Assembly: GCA_963693365.1 (NCBI GenBank)
Contig: CAVNZM010000018.1
Location: 1,297,861-1,361,860 of the forward strand
Direction: 5' to 3'
DNA: 64,000 bases
Source of the DNA: Amoebidium appalachense
Lineage: Eukaryota; Protista; Ichthyosporea
The position numbers and the translations under genes are program-made. Positions 37,331 to 63,621 of this stretch are shown piece after piece. How positions within the stretch are numbered: the first letter of the stretch is position 1; each line of letters starts with the position of its first letter. The notes beneath the pieces are model-generated. The model searched no databases and was not told the origin of the DNA. It saw only the letters and a program-made list of their open reading frames with translations.

Positions 37331-40300
37331 TTTATCCTTCTTCTTCTGGAATGCTCGGACACTGGGCCCCCAAAAGGGCCTCCCCCCCGGGACACTCGAC
37401 GATAAAATCAGCTACATACAACAACAGACAAACAACCACACGTTTACAGTGATTTGCGAAACACAGTTTAAAAACCACCACAAATTCAACTCTACATTGG
37501 TCGACACATCCACACACCCCGGTTACGCGAAAAACCGAGGCATTATTGTACTTGCCGCACCACACGTGAGAGTGAAGTGCAAACCGGTAGCAAAAACGGA
37601 ATTCTCGGTTTCTATAGAGTTTCTTTCTAATGTTTTTACTTTTGTATATTACCCACCATCTATGTCGGTTGTCGAATTGACTCACGAGTTGTCACAGTTA
37701 CCAATGTCCACTGTTATTTTAGGTGATTTTAACACGCGACTCCACCACACAGACACACTGCAAGTGAGTGTCGGGTACCCATCTAAGCCCCCGGAGCGTG
37801 CTATCCCTTTAGCAAGGTATGTCCAAAGTCACACTTTGCGGTTCCCTCAAATATCCCATGCCCACAACACCGACTGGGGAGTGGCCTTTTGGCCATCAAC
37901 CATGTCAAAACTCTCTCTCCCTCCTAACCTCTCTAGGTCATCTGACCACTCTCCTATCCTTTTCCTACCTAAGATCTCCCTTGATCTGCTCCCCCCTCCT
38001 CCTCCCACCTTTCGCCTCCGTCTATCCCAGCTTAAGTCACAGTGGGGTAGAGTCGATGTATGTGTATGCTATGCTACGAAACACCCTATATATATGCGCC
38101 TATTAGAATCTGCACAAGCCAGGCCAGATTCACATCTCGTACTAGATACATGCACTAACTTTATTGTTGATGATTTGATAGATCTCGGTGATTATGCTGG
38201 CGGTGGTAGGAAGGAATATCCCGATGCTCTCTTGTTACCAAACACCACTCCCGCTAGACTAGGTGAACCCCTGTCTCAAAAGGAAAGCTTGCGCCGGCTT
38301 GCTAGTATGAATCGATTTGGCCCCCCTGCTCGTATTATTGGTGATACCACTGGAGACCCCCTCATAGACTCTGATAAGTATTTCTCGGAACTGTTTAAAG
38401 ATAGGACCCCCGCTCAGAAACCTATTGTGTGGCCTGTAGACCCATCTATCCCCATAGAATCGATCCTCCCCTTTTTCAGTCCCGATGCCATATGGTCTGT
38501 GATATCTAGTTATAGCTCTAGTAAGTCTTGTGGACCTGATGGACTCCCTGCTGGGTTTCTTAAAATCCTTGTTCCCTCCTACCCACAAAAGGAAAGTGAT
38601 CGTGCTATTAAACCTGATCTTACTATCATGTTAAGCTCTCTCTTTTCTTGGTGTGTTAAATGTGGACATGTCCCGTCATCTTGGTTAGATACCTTAGTGA
38701 TCCCCATAGTTAAGAAGGACTCTGAGGGCCCCATATCATCCTTTCGCCCCATTACACTAACCCAGGTTGTTCGTAGATTCTTTGAAGCTTGCTTACTTAG
38801 GTTATTTGCACATCACCCTAGGTTTCAATCTATTCTTCACATACACCCATGCCAATCCGCTTTTCGTAAAAACAATTCATGTTATGTTCAAATAATGGCA
38901 CTGCACGATTCTATGCAAGTTGGTGCACAATATGTTGGCTTTATTGATTGGAAAACTGCTTACGATTCTGTCTCCCCTGGTCTCCTATGGGAAAAGCTTG
39001 CTGCACGGGGTGTACCACACTGCATTGGTGTTCTGTTAGAAGCACTCTTGTCTCAAACCTATGGTAGAGCTGTGGTTAATGGGCATCTTTCATATGGTTT
39101 TGCTCGTACTAGAGGTCTCTTGCAGGGTTCATTGCTTAGCCCCTTTTTGTTTAACCTATTTATAGATGATTTGGCTGTCAAGATTTACGCCGAAAACGAT
39201 GACCCTATTAATAACTTTCCGCCTGCACTTCTCTATGCTGATGATCTGTCCCTCCTTGCCCGTACCCCTAGACGCCTGCAAAGATTGTTCGATGTAGTGT
39301 CAGAGTGGTGCAAGGCAAACCTTATGATCCTTAACATAGACAAATGTGGTGTTCTTGTACCTGATATAGCTAACAATTTACACACATTTACATTATCATC
39401 TAAACCTGTACCTATAGTTCCAGAATACAAATATCTTGGTGTTCCGGTTGATTCTGTTGGTGTTATGTTTCCCCATATGGTCGAAAAGAGGGTAGAGTTG
39501 GCTCGTAAGCGGTTAGCTTTCTTCTCGGCTAATATTTTTAAAGACACACCCCTCCATCTTTCTATTAGACTTTCATTTATTCGCACTTTTGTCTTCCCGG
39601 CATGTGAATATGGTTTACCCCTTCTCGCCGCTTGGATCAAGAAAGAGAGAACTAGAGCGCTTAAACCCCTGGCAAATTTCCTTGAAGCAGAAGTTGCCTC
39701 CTTTCTATCTAACAACTGTTGTAAACCTGGGCCTGTAACGCTCTCGATATATGGTCTGGTCCCAATAGCTGCTAGAGTATCCTATCTCGCGCTGAAATTC
39801 AATAAGCACATAAGCCGCTTAAAGAAGTATTTGCCCTCCCACCCTCTCTTCTCTATCCGACCTGTCCCCTCCTCACCTCTCCCCTCTTTCCTCCCCTCTC
39901 TCTCCCCTTCTCCCCTGGGCACAAATACAAATAAACCCCGCAATAGTGTGTGTGTGACTTTGGACTGCCACTTACTTGTTAAACATGTACACAATCACAA
40001 GATAATCACGCAATATAACAAATGGAAAAAGATACCACACGACACTAGACCCGATGAAAGCATACACCTTGAAAAACTAAGCCTTATGTCTCGTTTTATA
40101 TATACTGACCGCCTCAACCATATTGCCAAATATGGCACTCGCAAGTGTATAACACCTAAATACATATTACCTTCCTGTAGAACTGGTCTTTCTCTAGCTG
40201 ATGGTATTATTGATCAATTACCACGCTTTTACTGTACACGTGCTATACAGTGGAGATCTAATAAGTATAAGGTGGCATCATTTGCATGCCCAAACAACAC

Positions 40301-40517
40301 ACACACACACCAGTTTAACCGGTCATGTATCGCCAAATGTAGTTTGATAGACCACATAATACCGCAACACACACACGTCACATTCACAACAGACACCCAG
40401 AAAGATAGCCTACCTGTAAATTACAACATCCTTGATTTTATACTAAACACGCGTAACTACGACCTGTTTATTAGATGTATTGATTGGCTTGAGAAACACA
40501 TCACTACAAAATTATAG
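37323..40517 (+). CDS. LINE ORF2: apurinic-like endonuclease plus reverse transcriptase
   Basis: APE motifs FFWNART, ICET, YYPP, ILGDFN and SDHSPI. RT motifs KSCGPDG, FRPITL, FIDWKTAYDSV, GLLQGSLLSPFLFNLFIDDL, LLYADDL and YKYLGV. Cys/His-containing C-terminus. Confidence 0.95.
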   Translation: MPNLSFFFWNARTLGPQKGLPPGTLDDKISYIQQQTNNHTFTVICETQFKNHHKFNSTLVDTSTHPGYAKNRGIIVLAAPHVRVKCKPVAKTEFSVSIEFLSNVFTFVYYPPSMSVVELTHELSQLPMSTVILGDFNTRLHHTDTLQVSVGYPSKPPERAIPLARYVQSHTLRFPQISHAHNTDWGVAFWPSTMSKLSLPPNLSRSSDHSPILFLPKISLDLLPPPPPTFRLRLSQLKSQWGRVDVCVCYATKHPIYMRLLESAQARPDSHLVLDTCTNFIVDDLIDLGDYAGGGRKEYPDALLLPNTTPARLGEPLSQKESLRRLASMNRFGPPARIIGDTTGDPLIDSDKYFSELFKDRTPAQKPIVWPVDPSIPIESILPFFSPDAIWSVISSYSSSKSCGPDGLPAGFLKILVPSYPQKESDRAIKPDLTIMLSSLFSWCVKCGHVPSSWLDTLVIPIVKKDSEGPISSFRPITLTQVVRRFFEACLLRLFAHHPRFQSILHIHPCQSAFRKNNSCYVQIMALHDSMQVGAQYVGFIDWKTAYDSVSPGLLWEKLAARGVPHCIGVLLEALLSQTYGRAVVNGHLSYGFARTRGLLQGSLLSPFLFNLFIDDLAVKIYAENDDPINNFPPALLYADDLSLLARTPRRLQRLFDVVSEWCKANLMILNIDKCGVLVPDIANNLHTFTLSSKPVPIVPEYKYLGVPVDSVGVMFPHMVEKRVELARKRLAFFSANIFKDTPLHLSIRLSFIRTFVFPACEYGLPLLAAWIKKERTRALKPLANFLEAEVASFLSNNCCKPGPVTLSIYGLVPIAARVSYLALKFNKHISRLKKYLPSHPLFSIRPVPSSPLPSFLPSLSPSPLGTNTNKPRNSVCVTLDCHLLVKHVHNHKIITQYNKWKKIPHDTRPDESIHLEKLSLMSRFIYTDRLNHIAKYGTRKCITPKYILPSCRTGLSLADGIIDQLPRFYCTRAIQWRSNKYKVASFACPNNTHTHQFNRSCIAKCSLIDHIIPQHTHVTFTTDTQKDSLPVNYNILDFILNTRNYDLFIRCIDWLEKHITTKL

Positions 40518-40538
40518 CGCACGCGCACACACACACAC

Positions 40539-40591
<53 letters not shown>

Positions 40592-40624
40592 CCAGCTGAT
40601 ACCGAGTGTCCCGAGGGGAGCCCC

Positions 40625-40664
<40 letters not shown>

Positions 40665-41879
40665 GGGGAACCCCAACTAATTGATTTCTCCTTGTAGTCT
40701 TTATGGTGTCTCGTAGAGAAAGTAAACCCTGATATATAGTCACCACCCGACATCTATGTACGTGATCATGATATACCGCTGAGGGGATATTCCGAGCAAA
40801 ACCCCCCCCCATACCTGAGACTGGTTCTCTTTGCCTCGAGTAAACAGCGTAAACCCCCATCTATATATATATAGCGACGCTCGATTTGTCAGTGTGGGCT
40901 GGTCCCCACTCCGAACTCGGGAATTCAAAGGCGGGATATCAACATAAAACATGCAAGGCTTGCAAAATGTGCTACATACGTATGATATATAAAAGATGAT
41001 GATTTAAAAAAATAATAATAATAAAAAAATCCTTGGACTGGGGGAGCAAATAGCTGTGACAGGAAAACCTTCTCATGGATCCTACTCGTACCCCCCTCCC
41101 TCTCCCCCCTCCCTCCCCCCCCCCCCCCCCCCCCCCCCCCCGGCCCCCCGCCCCCCCAAAACACAAACACACTGACATATAAAACAAACTAGAGATGTTC
41201 AGAGCAGCACCACCACCACCCCCGCCATTGGCTCCTTCTTTTGTTCCATTTTCTACTTTCTTAAAATCTCTACTTTGGTGTTTGTCAGTGTGAGGTGTGT
41301 TTGCGTGTTTTTGTATTTTTTTTTATTTTTATTATTTTTTTTTGGGGGGGGGGGGGGGGGGTAGGGTAGGGGCGAAAGATACTAAGGTATGGGGAGGAGG
41401 GGAGGGGGAGGAGGGGGGGGGGGGGGTGGAGGGAATGAGAGGATGGAGGGAGTGGGGGGAGGTGGGGAGGTGGAAGGATGGGGCTAAACTCTGGAAAAGA
41501 TCCATATCGACCGAAATTGGACAATAGAAAGGACTGAAAAAAGAAAAAAATCTTTTATCTCTCTTCTCCTCCCCCCCCCCCCCCCCCCCCCCCTCCCCCT
41601 TCTAACGTGGCACTCCAACGGGGTCTGTGTGTCCTTCATGCATGTACTATGTTCATCTCTTCTTTTGGGCGATTAGTGAAAAAACACTATGCCACGTAGT
41701 CAGTTTTTTTTTTATTGTTTAGTTTTCGTGTCGGCCAACGGTTCATGTGGTGCTGTGTGTGTGTGTATTTCTACATAGTGAGGTCTATGACGATTCTTAT
41801 GTACATGACCACGCAGAAGATCTAACTTTCATTCGCAAACACCAGCTACCTTTGACCACTCCCCCTCCTCCACCCCCTC

Positions 41880-41919
<40 letters not shown>

Positions 41920-42009
41920 ACCCCACCCTTCCTCCCTCCCTCCCTCCCCCCCCCCCCCCCCCCCCCTTTCCCCGCCCCCAACGGTCCCTTAGGGCCCCAA
42001 CCACATTGG

Positions 42010-42295
42010 CAGAGTCAACTTCCTCTGAGCAGACTTATTCTGCAAAAAGCAGAGTCATTTTGCAAAGTCCATAATCGGTCTGCAAAAGGCGGAACTACTA
42101 TTATTCTGCAATGTCAAAATGATTCTACTAAAAGCATAGTTACTCTGCCAACCAAAATTAGTGTGCTAAAAGCAGAACTATCATGCCTGGAGCAGGTTTA
42201 TTGAGTTGCCGTGAGCAGAATGAATATGCTTTTGCAGAGCATTTCTGCTTTTCAGAATATTTATGCTTTCTGCAGGGATAATTCTGCTCTGAGCC
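42010..42295. repeat. Degenerate tandem array of ~20-bp palindromic unit (GCAGAATAATTCTGC core)
   Basis: Repeated gcagacttattctgc / gcagagtcattttgc / gcagagcatttctgc / gcagggataattctgc. Confidence 0.7.
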
Positions 42296-42502
42296 GGTAG
42301 ACCCTGCCGATGTGGTTGGGCCACTAGTACTCTGGCCCACAAACACCATCACACAAGCAACCCAAATCATCTCAACCACTGCCCCTAGAAATATGCACAA
42401 TGCCGTGCACAGCCTTACAGCCTATACATCTGTTTGTGTGTAAAGATATGTGTGCGTATCTGTGTGTGTGTGGATTCTGTATACGCGTGTCACGGGTGTG
42501 TG

Positions 42503-42582
<80 letters not shown>

Positions 42583-42708
42583 ATGTGTGTGTGTGTGTGT
42601 ACATGTGAATGTGTGTATCACCGTGATGTCCGCGGGTGCAAGCTAAAAAAAATAAATGTGTCAGAGGCAAATTTAACCAGTCAGGTAAAAAGAAAACTTG
42701 GATATTGA

Positions 42709-42753
<45 letters not shown>

Positions 42754-42884
42754 AACAACCAACCAAAAATATACAGCGGCAGTTGCGATCCGGCGGTATG
42801 TTTTGCATGCATTATGTAAATACATGCACATAGGAGAATAACCGTTCATCAAAACAGAATACCGAAAGTTGGTAGTCTATGAAA

Positions 42885-43105
42885 AGCGGAAGTTCTGCGC
42901 CTAGCGAGATGATTTTGCTTTTGAGCAGAATAAATCTGCTGTTTGCAGAATAATTTTTCTTTTTTGCGGAATAATTCTGCTCGAGCAAAATATTTCTGCT
43001 GTTGCAAATAATTCTGCTCGAGCAAAATATTTCTGCTCTTTGCAGAATAATTCTGTTTTTTGCAGAATAATTCTGCTTTTAGCAGAATAATTCTGCTTTT
43101 AGCAA
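42885..43105. repeat. Second, more homogeneous array of the same palindromic unit
   Basis: gcagaataattctgcttttagcagaataattctgc...; about 10 units. Confidence 0.8.
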
Positions 43106-43130
43106 GCTCACTCAGATCGTGCGGTTGGGT

Positions 43131-43133
43131 CCG

Positions 43134-43219
<86 letters not shown>
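43131..43219 (+). repeat. ~85-nt poly-G tract (longest of many)
   Basis: Direct reading. Confidence 0.9.
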
Positions 43220-43220
<1 letters not shown>

Positions 43221-43431
43221 AGTGTACAGTTGTGGGTTTTATGCTGGGGTGCCTCCGGCACCACAATTTTGAGATTCTACATACTGCAAGCATGCACACA
43301 TATGGCTGCCCACACTATGACTAGCAAACATACAGCACAGCAACACGGTGTCATGCAGTGCACGAAAGCCAGCGCGCATCCATATATGCCATCCCTCCCC
43401 CCCCTCCCCTCCTTTCTCCCCCCCCCCCCTC

Positions 43432-43469
<38 letters not shown>

Positions 43470-43494
43470 ACCTTGCTTGCCGGGGAGTTGTCTC

Positions 43495-43528
<34 letters not shown>

Positions 43529-43752
43529 CATACGTGGGGCATCTCAGCCGGGCATCTCAGGGCGACGGTGGGGAGGGGGGAGGCGGAGGATGGGGGGCGG
43601 AGGGAGGGGTAACTTTGTCCTTCTATGTGAGAGTGTGAGCGTGTACGCTAAACGCCATGTGTTCGTGCCGTGTGTCCTGTGCACCTTTGTGTATACGCAT
43701 ATATGTACAGCACGGGCGTCTGGTGTGTGTGTGTTTGCCGGTGTTTGTGTTT

Positions 43753-43917
<165 letters not shown>

Positions 43918-44244
43918 TGTGTCTGTGTGCGTGCATTCTGTGTGACACTATGTCTGTGTGTGCGTAGGGGAACGTTTGTATGCTACGTTGTCAAACGCAC
44001 TGCGTTAACATTGCTCATGGATTGCTGCTATTTTGGCAACCACATCCCTTGAGGTGTGTTTATTTACTGATCTCTTAGCCTCCATATGGACCTGTGTTGG
44101 CAGAGTGGGTTCCAGCCCCAAAACCGATACAAGACACATCGAGAAGCAATACTTGTGCATTTCTATATTATATATCTGAAAAATTTCCTTGTACATATAT
44201 AAGCATACGTGCGCACAAAATTACACTATAATATGTACCGTGCA

Positions 44245-45042
44245 TCAAACCATCCTCTCTGCGCTGGCAGCACCTAGAGCCACCCTCCCCTTTGATGCAG
44301 CCTGCCTTCTCTTCGCCACCGCCACCACCAGCAGCGCCACCAACGCAACCAGCAACCCCCCAGACACCATCCCAGCCACATACCCACCCGCACCCGCAGA
44401 CACATTTGCAGAGTCCCCTTGCACGTGCATGTCTTTGAGAGCACGTGCACTGCGCGAAATCACGTGCACAGGTGCAGAGGAGGGGAGGGTGCCTGTGTGA
44501 GGTTCAATGGCTGGGACACTCCGACGGGCAGCTGGGGCTGGGGCCGGTCTGCATTCTTGAACATTTGGGTCGCAGTGCTCGAGTGCTTTGCAGATTGCGG
44601 CAATTATAGGTGGTGGGTTGGGGGAGGAGCAGTCAATGTCGTTCGTGTCAAGGCGCAAGTCCTCCAAATTTGAAAGAAGGGGAGAGTCTTGTTTTAGAGG
44701 GCCGTAGGGTTTAACGGTGACGAAGTCTGAGGTAATTGGTTCAGTTTGGGGTGTGGGGAGATTCTTTGTAGCAGCTACCCCAACAGCAATATGTTCGGTG
44801 TCGGATAGGGGCATGGGCATGTTGGAAGAAGAAAGTTTGTCGTTTTCTGCTTCTGTGTTGGTTTGAATTTCGGCGCTGCGGCGGTTCATTGCGGCGCCTG
44901 GGGAGTACGGGCTGCATACGTCCACACGGGGGTCGCAGAAAAAAAGTGCCTTGCAGATTTCGGCCACAATATCGGGCTGGGGGTTGCCGGACCATGGGAT
45001 TGAGCAGATGGCTTCGTACGTGTTAATGGTGTCGGAAGCCAT
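44245..45042 (-). CDS. Unknown family, type A copy 3, 265 aa, intronless, intact full length
   Basis: MASDTINTYEAICSIPWSGNPQPDIVAEICKALFFCDPRVDVCSP...RRS...DIDCSSPNPPPIIAAICKALEHCDPNVQECRP...RRS...GGYVAGMVSGGLLVALVALLVVAVAKRR. Confidence 0.88.
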   Translation of the reverse strand: MASDTINTYEAICSIPWSGNPQPDIVAEICKALFFCDPRVDVCSPYSPGAAMNRRSAEIQTNTEAENDKLSSSNMPMPLSDTEHIAVGVAATKNLPTPQTEPITSDFVTVKPYGPLKQDSPLLSNLEDLRLDTNDIDCSSPNPPPIIAAICKALEHCDPNVQECRPAPAPAARRSVPAIEPHTGTLPSSAPVHVISRSARALKDMHVQGDSANVSAGAGGYVAGMVSGGLLVALVALLVVAVAKRRQAASKGRVALGAASAERMV

Positions 45043-45130
45043 CGTGTGTGTTTTTGTGCGTGTGTTCCTGGGAACTTGGATGCTTGAATGTGTATGTTTG
45101 ATGATCGATCGAATGCGGTGGGTAGGCGGG

Positions 45131-45257
45131 TTTATATACCTGGCGGTCGCGAACGCAGGAATGTGATTTGAGATTCTTCACAGGCCGATAAAGTTCCACC
45201 AGCTAATCGGAGTTGAGGAGCGGTGTAGTTTGCTCTATTCCTGGAATGTGCTCCCTA
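45131..45257 (-). promoter_or_regulatory. Conserved promoter module of gene A3
   Basis: Minus strand TAGGGAGCACATTCCAGGAATA (45257-45236), degenerate CCAAT (CCGATTAG) and TATATAAA (45138-45131). Confidence 0.6.
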
Positions 45258-45786
45258 AATCCGCTCTCTCTTCTCCTTCTCAAGTGATCGCTTCCTTTTA
45301 CATTCGAATTCGCCATTAATTATCATAGCACACCCCAAAGTGTGAGCTTTCGGTTTCCCATTAGGTCGCCCTTATCCTGAGATGTATTGTATTTTCGCGT
45401 TGGTTACAACCCGGTTCAAAAAAAAAAAAAAAAAAAAAAAAAGTGCTAGGAGAAAAAGGGACCGCACAACTCCTGCTCATATTCAGATGTGTGCATATGC
45501 GTTTTTTGGCAATATATGGGGGGTTTACACACTTTTTATTGCGTGGCAATATATCGCTTTATGCATCTACATTGTACAAGAAACGTTGTTCATATGGATC
45601 AGATCGGCAGGAATGCCCGACTTGTAGCTGCTGTGAACAAACATGCCATGGGGAGAGGAATGCGCATGCAAAGCAGCATACAAAATGCTACAGAACACAG
45701 AAAGACATGTGGCGTGGGGTACTTTTGGAAAGCAGGCAAATGAAGGTACATAGGCCTGTTGTAGAAATATGCTAGGATCGCTGAGT

Positions 45787-45892
45787 CTAGGGAGTACATT
45801 GCAAGATAAACAGAAACGAAACAGCCGATTGGCTGGCAAATTCTGCATCGGCCAGTAAGCCGCCCGATCATCCGGACCGCCAAGTATATAAA
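45787..45892 (+). promoter_or_regulatory. Conserved promoter module of gene B2
   Basis: CTAGGGAGTACATTGCAAGATAAACA (45787-45812), ATTGG (45828-45832) and TATATAA (45885-45891). Confidence 0.6.
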
Positions 45893-45988
45893 CGTTTGCC
45901 ACCCCCGATCCCCACAAGTTCACAACAGCACCAATCATCTTACAATCACCACCAGCTCTAATCTAAACAATCATACACAACACACAAA

Positions 45989-46868
45989 ATGGCTTGAAAC
46001 ACCAACAACCGCCTCACATACGACATCAACTGCTCCCCCGCATGGTCCACCAACCAACCCCCTATTGTTAACGAAATCTGCAAAGCAAGGCTTCCCGTGT
46101 CCACCCCTAAGCATTGACTGCAATTTCATCCCAGGCCCCGGGAATGGCCCACTCCACACACATAGGCGCCGCCGCACCGCCGTCCAACCTCACAGAAGCA
46201 ACCTCGATGTCTCTTCTACCAAGAACTCCGCTTTCTCATCCACCAACAAACCCCAGCTGTCAAATAATCCCGGGCCTGCGTCGGCCTCAGATACACAACT
46301 CGTTGCTATTGGGGTAGCTGCCACACAGGCACCCCTCCCCTCGTTTGATATGGAACCTACTAGCACCTCTGCGCCTATAGTAGAATCTTCTACGGCGGAG
46401 TTTTCCCCTGTGAATATGAATGGAAACCACCAAGACACATATGACATTGACTGCTCCATCGAATGGTCCAGAAAACCCCACCCCGATATAGTAATTGCCG
46501 GAATATGCAAAGTGCTCTTGCACTGCGACCCGCTCAATAATGAGTGCTACAACGGCATCCCAATTATTTGCTTGGTCCGCCCCAAAGGAAGAAGTGTTTC
46601 TGATAATGCCCCCAACTTTGTTGATGGTATGATGAGCAAAAGCGAGCCTGTGCACAAAGTTTTGTGGAGTGCTCCTAATGACATGCACGTTGAGGGGGAC
46701 TCTGCAGATGTGTCTGGGGGTGGGGGTGATTATGTGGCTGGGATGGTGTCTGGGGGGTTGCTGGTTGCGTTGGTGGCGCTGCTGGTGGTGGCGGCGGCGA
46801 AGAGAAGACAGGTTGCAACAAAGAGGAGAGTTGATCTAGATGCTGCCAGCGCGGAGATGATGGTTTAG
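45989..46868 (+). pseudogene. Unknown family, type B copy 2, disabled
   Basis: ATG GCT TGA: a stop at codon 3 where B1 has Ser. NTNNRLTYDINCSPAWSTNQPPIVNEICKA follows, then a +1 frameshift near 46088 into ORF 46065-46868, which aligns with B1 to the C-terminus. Confidence 0.75.
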
Positions 46869-47839
46869 TAATCATCCATCACCAAGTTCATCGATCGTTC
46901 ATGGGGAAGGGTCGAGAGAGAGTGTAGTATAGGTAGGTGGTGATGCTGGTATACGCGGCTCCCCACTGCCTCCTATCTATACACCTGCATAACACTCTCT
47001 TCCAGAGCACCTATGTACACGAGTAGAAAACCAAACTACGTAATACAGTACAGTTACACACAAACACGTACATTTTTGCACTGATTGATAGGCATAAGAA
47101 AACTTCAAGATTAAACCGTTATTACGGTAATTTATTTGGTATTGATTACACTTGTGAGTGCCAGGTCTCCAGTAATGTTTGAAGTAACAGGGTACGTGGG
47201 GCTGGTACCCACTAAAGAACACATGTAGACATGCGCGCGTGAAGGGCATTGCGTTAAATAAAAACGAGGTTTCAAAAGACTGCAACAGTACTTGAGCAAC
47301 ACTACTATTTACTAACGGTTTTAACGAACTACAGTAGCTTTAGAGCGCTGCGCAATTGGCCGGGGCTGGAACTTCGCTGCGGATTCCGTATGTATAACAT
47401 ACCACTTAATGAAAGCTGAAAGCTACCAGAACCCCCCCCCCCCCCCCCCCCCGCCTCTCCTTTCCCTTTTTTCGAATCCCCCCCCCCCCCCCCCCCTCCC
47501 CCCGCCCCCGCGCCCTCCCCTCCTCAGCGCACACACCTCTTCCTGCACGTTGAACATGCGTGTTATAATGCTTAGGCACATATGTACACACTTTGTTGAC
47601 ACATACAAGGTGCAATCCATGCATGCACACACCATGATACACAAGTCGTAGGCGAGAGTTTCGGCAACAATTGTGGGTGTGCTGCGCAATATGCTCAAAT
47701 ATTGCACCCAAAGAAAAAAATTAATCATGAAAATAAATAAATTAGGAAAGAAAAAAAAACCTCCCGAAGAAAACCCAAGCCTATTGTAACGCACACATTT
47801 GTGCACGCGCATGCATACACGCGCGCGCGCGCGCGCGCG

Positions 47840-47977
<138 letters not shown>

Positions 47978-48253
47978 CACACACACACACACACACACAC
48001 GCACAGGCACGCGCGCATCCCCCCCCCCCCCCCACTGGGACACGTGCAATTTACAATGTGAATTACACAGTATGTATGCATGGAATAATTGTTGTTTGAA
48101 AGCACGCTTCATTTATGATGCACGTATGCCCACACAAATTCGATAAAAAGGAATCGTGCCTTGTGAGAGAAGAAAACGGGAAAAATACCTGTCCTAGAGA
48201 TAAATGCTTCTGTGACATGGTCGTATATCAAAGGAACAGGAAATAATATTTAT

Positions 48254-63576
<15,323 letters not shown>

Positions 63577-63621
63577 GTGGGTGTGGCGAGGGTGCAGGCA
63601 GGCATGTGTGGGGGTGCAAAT

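Larger units (their letters stand above)
36477..40856 (+). mobile_element. Non-LTR (LINE, APE-RT) retrotransposon, 5'-truncated, ORF2 intact
   Basis: ORF1 remnant plus a 1064-aa ORF2. It is flanked by the direct repeat CCATCTATATAT at 36465-36476 and 40857-40868 (candidate 12-bp TSD). The gene-family 3' flank motif (TGTCAGTGTGGGCTGG) resumes just after 40868. Confidence 0.85.
44245..46868. repeat. Inverted segmental duplicate of 33720-36360 (head-to-head A/B gene pair plus intergenic spacer)
   Basis: Gene order B(-)/A(+) versus A(-)/B(+). The spacers are also homologous: CATTCCTGCCGATCTGA at ~34983 is the reverse complement of TCAGATCGGCAGGAATG at ~45599. Confidence 0.85.

Noticed and set aside
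45995-45997. TGA at codon 3 of B2 as selenocysteine or read-through
   Set aside because: It aligns to Ser rather than Cys, a second lesion follows, and I recognised no SECIS.
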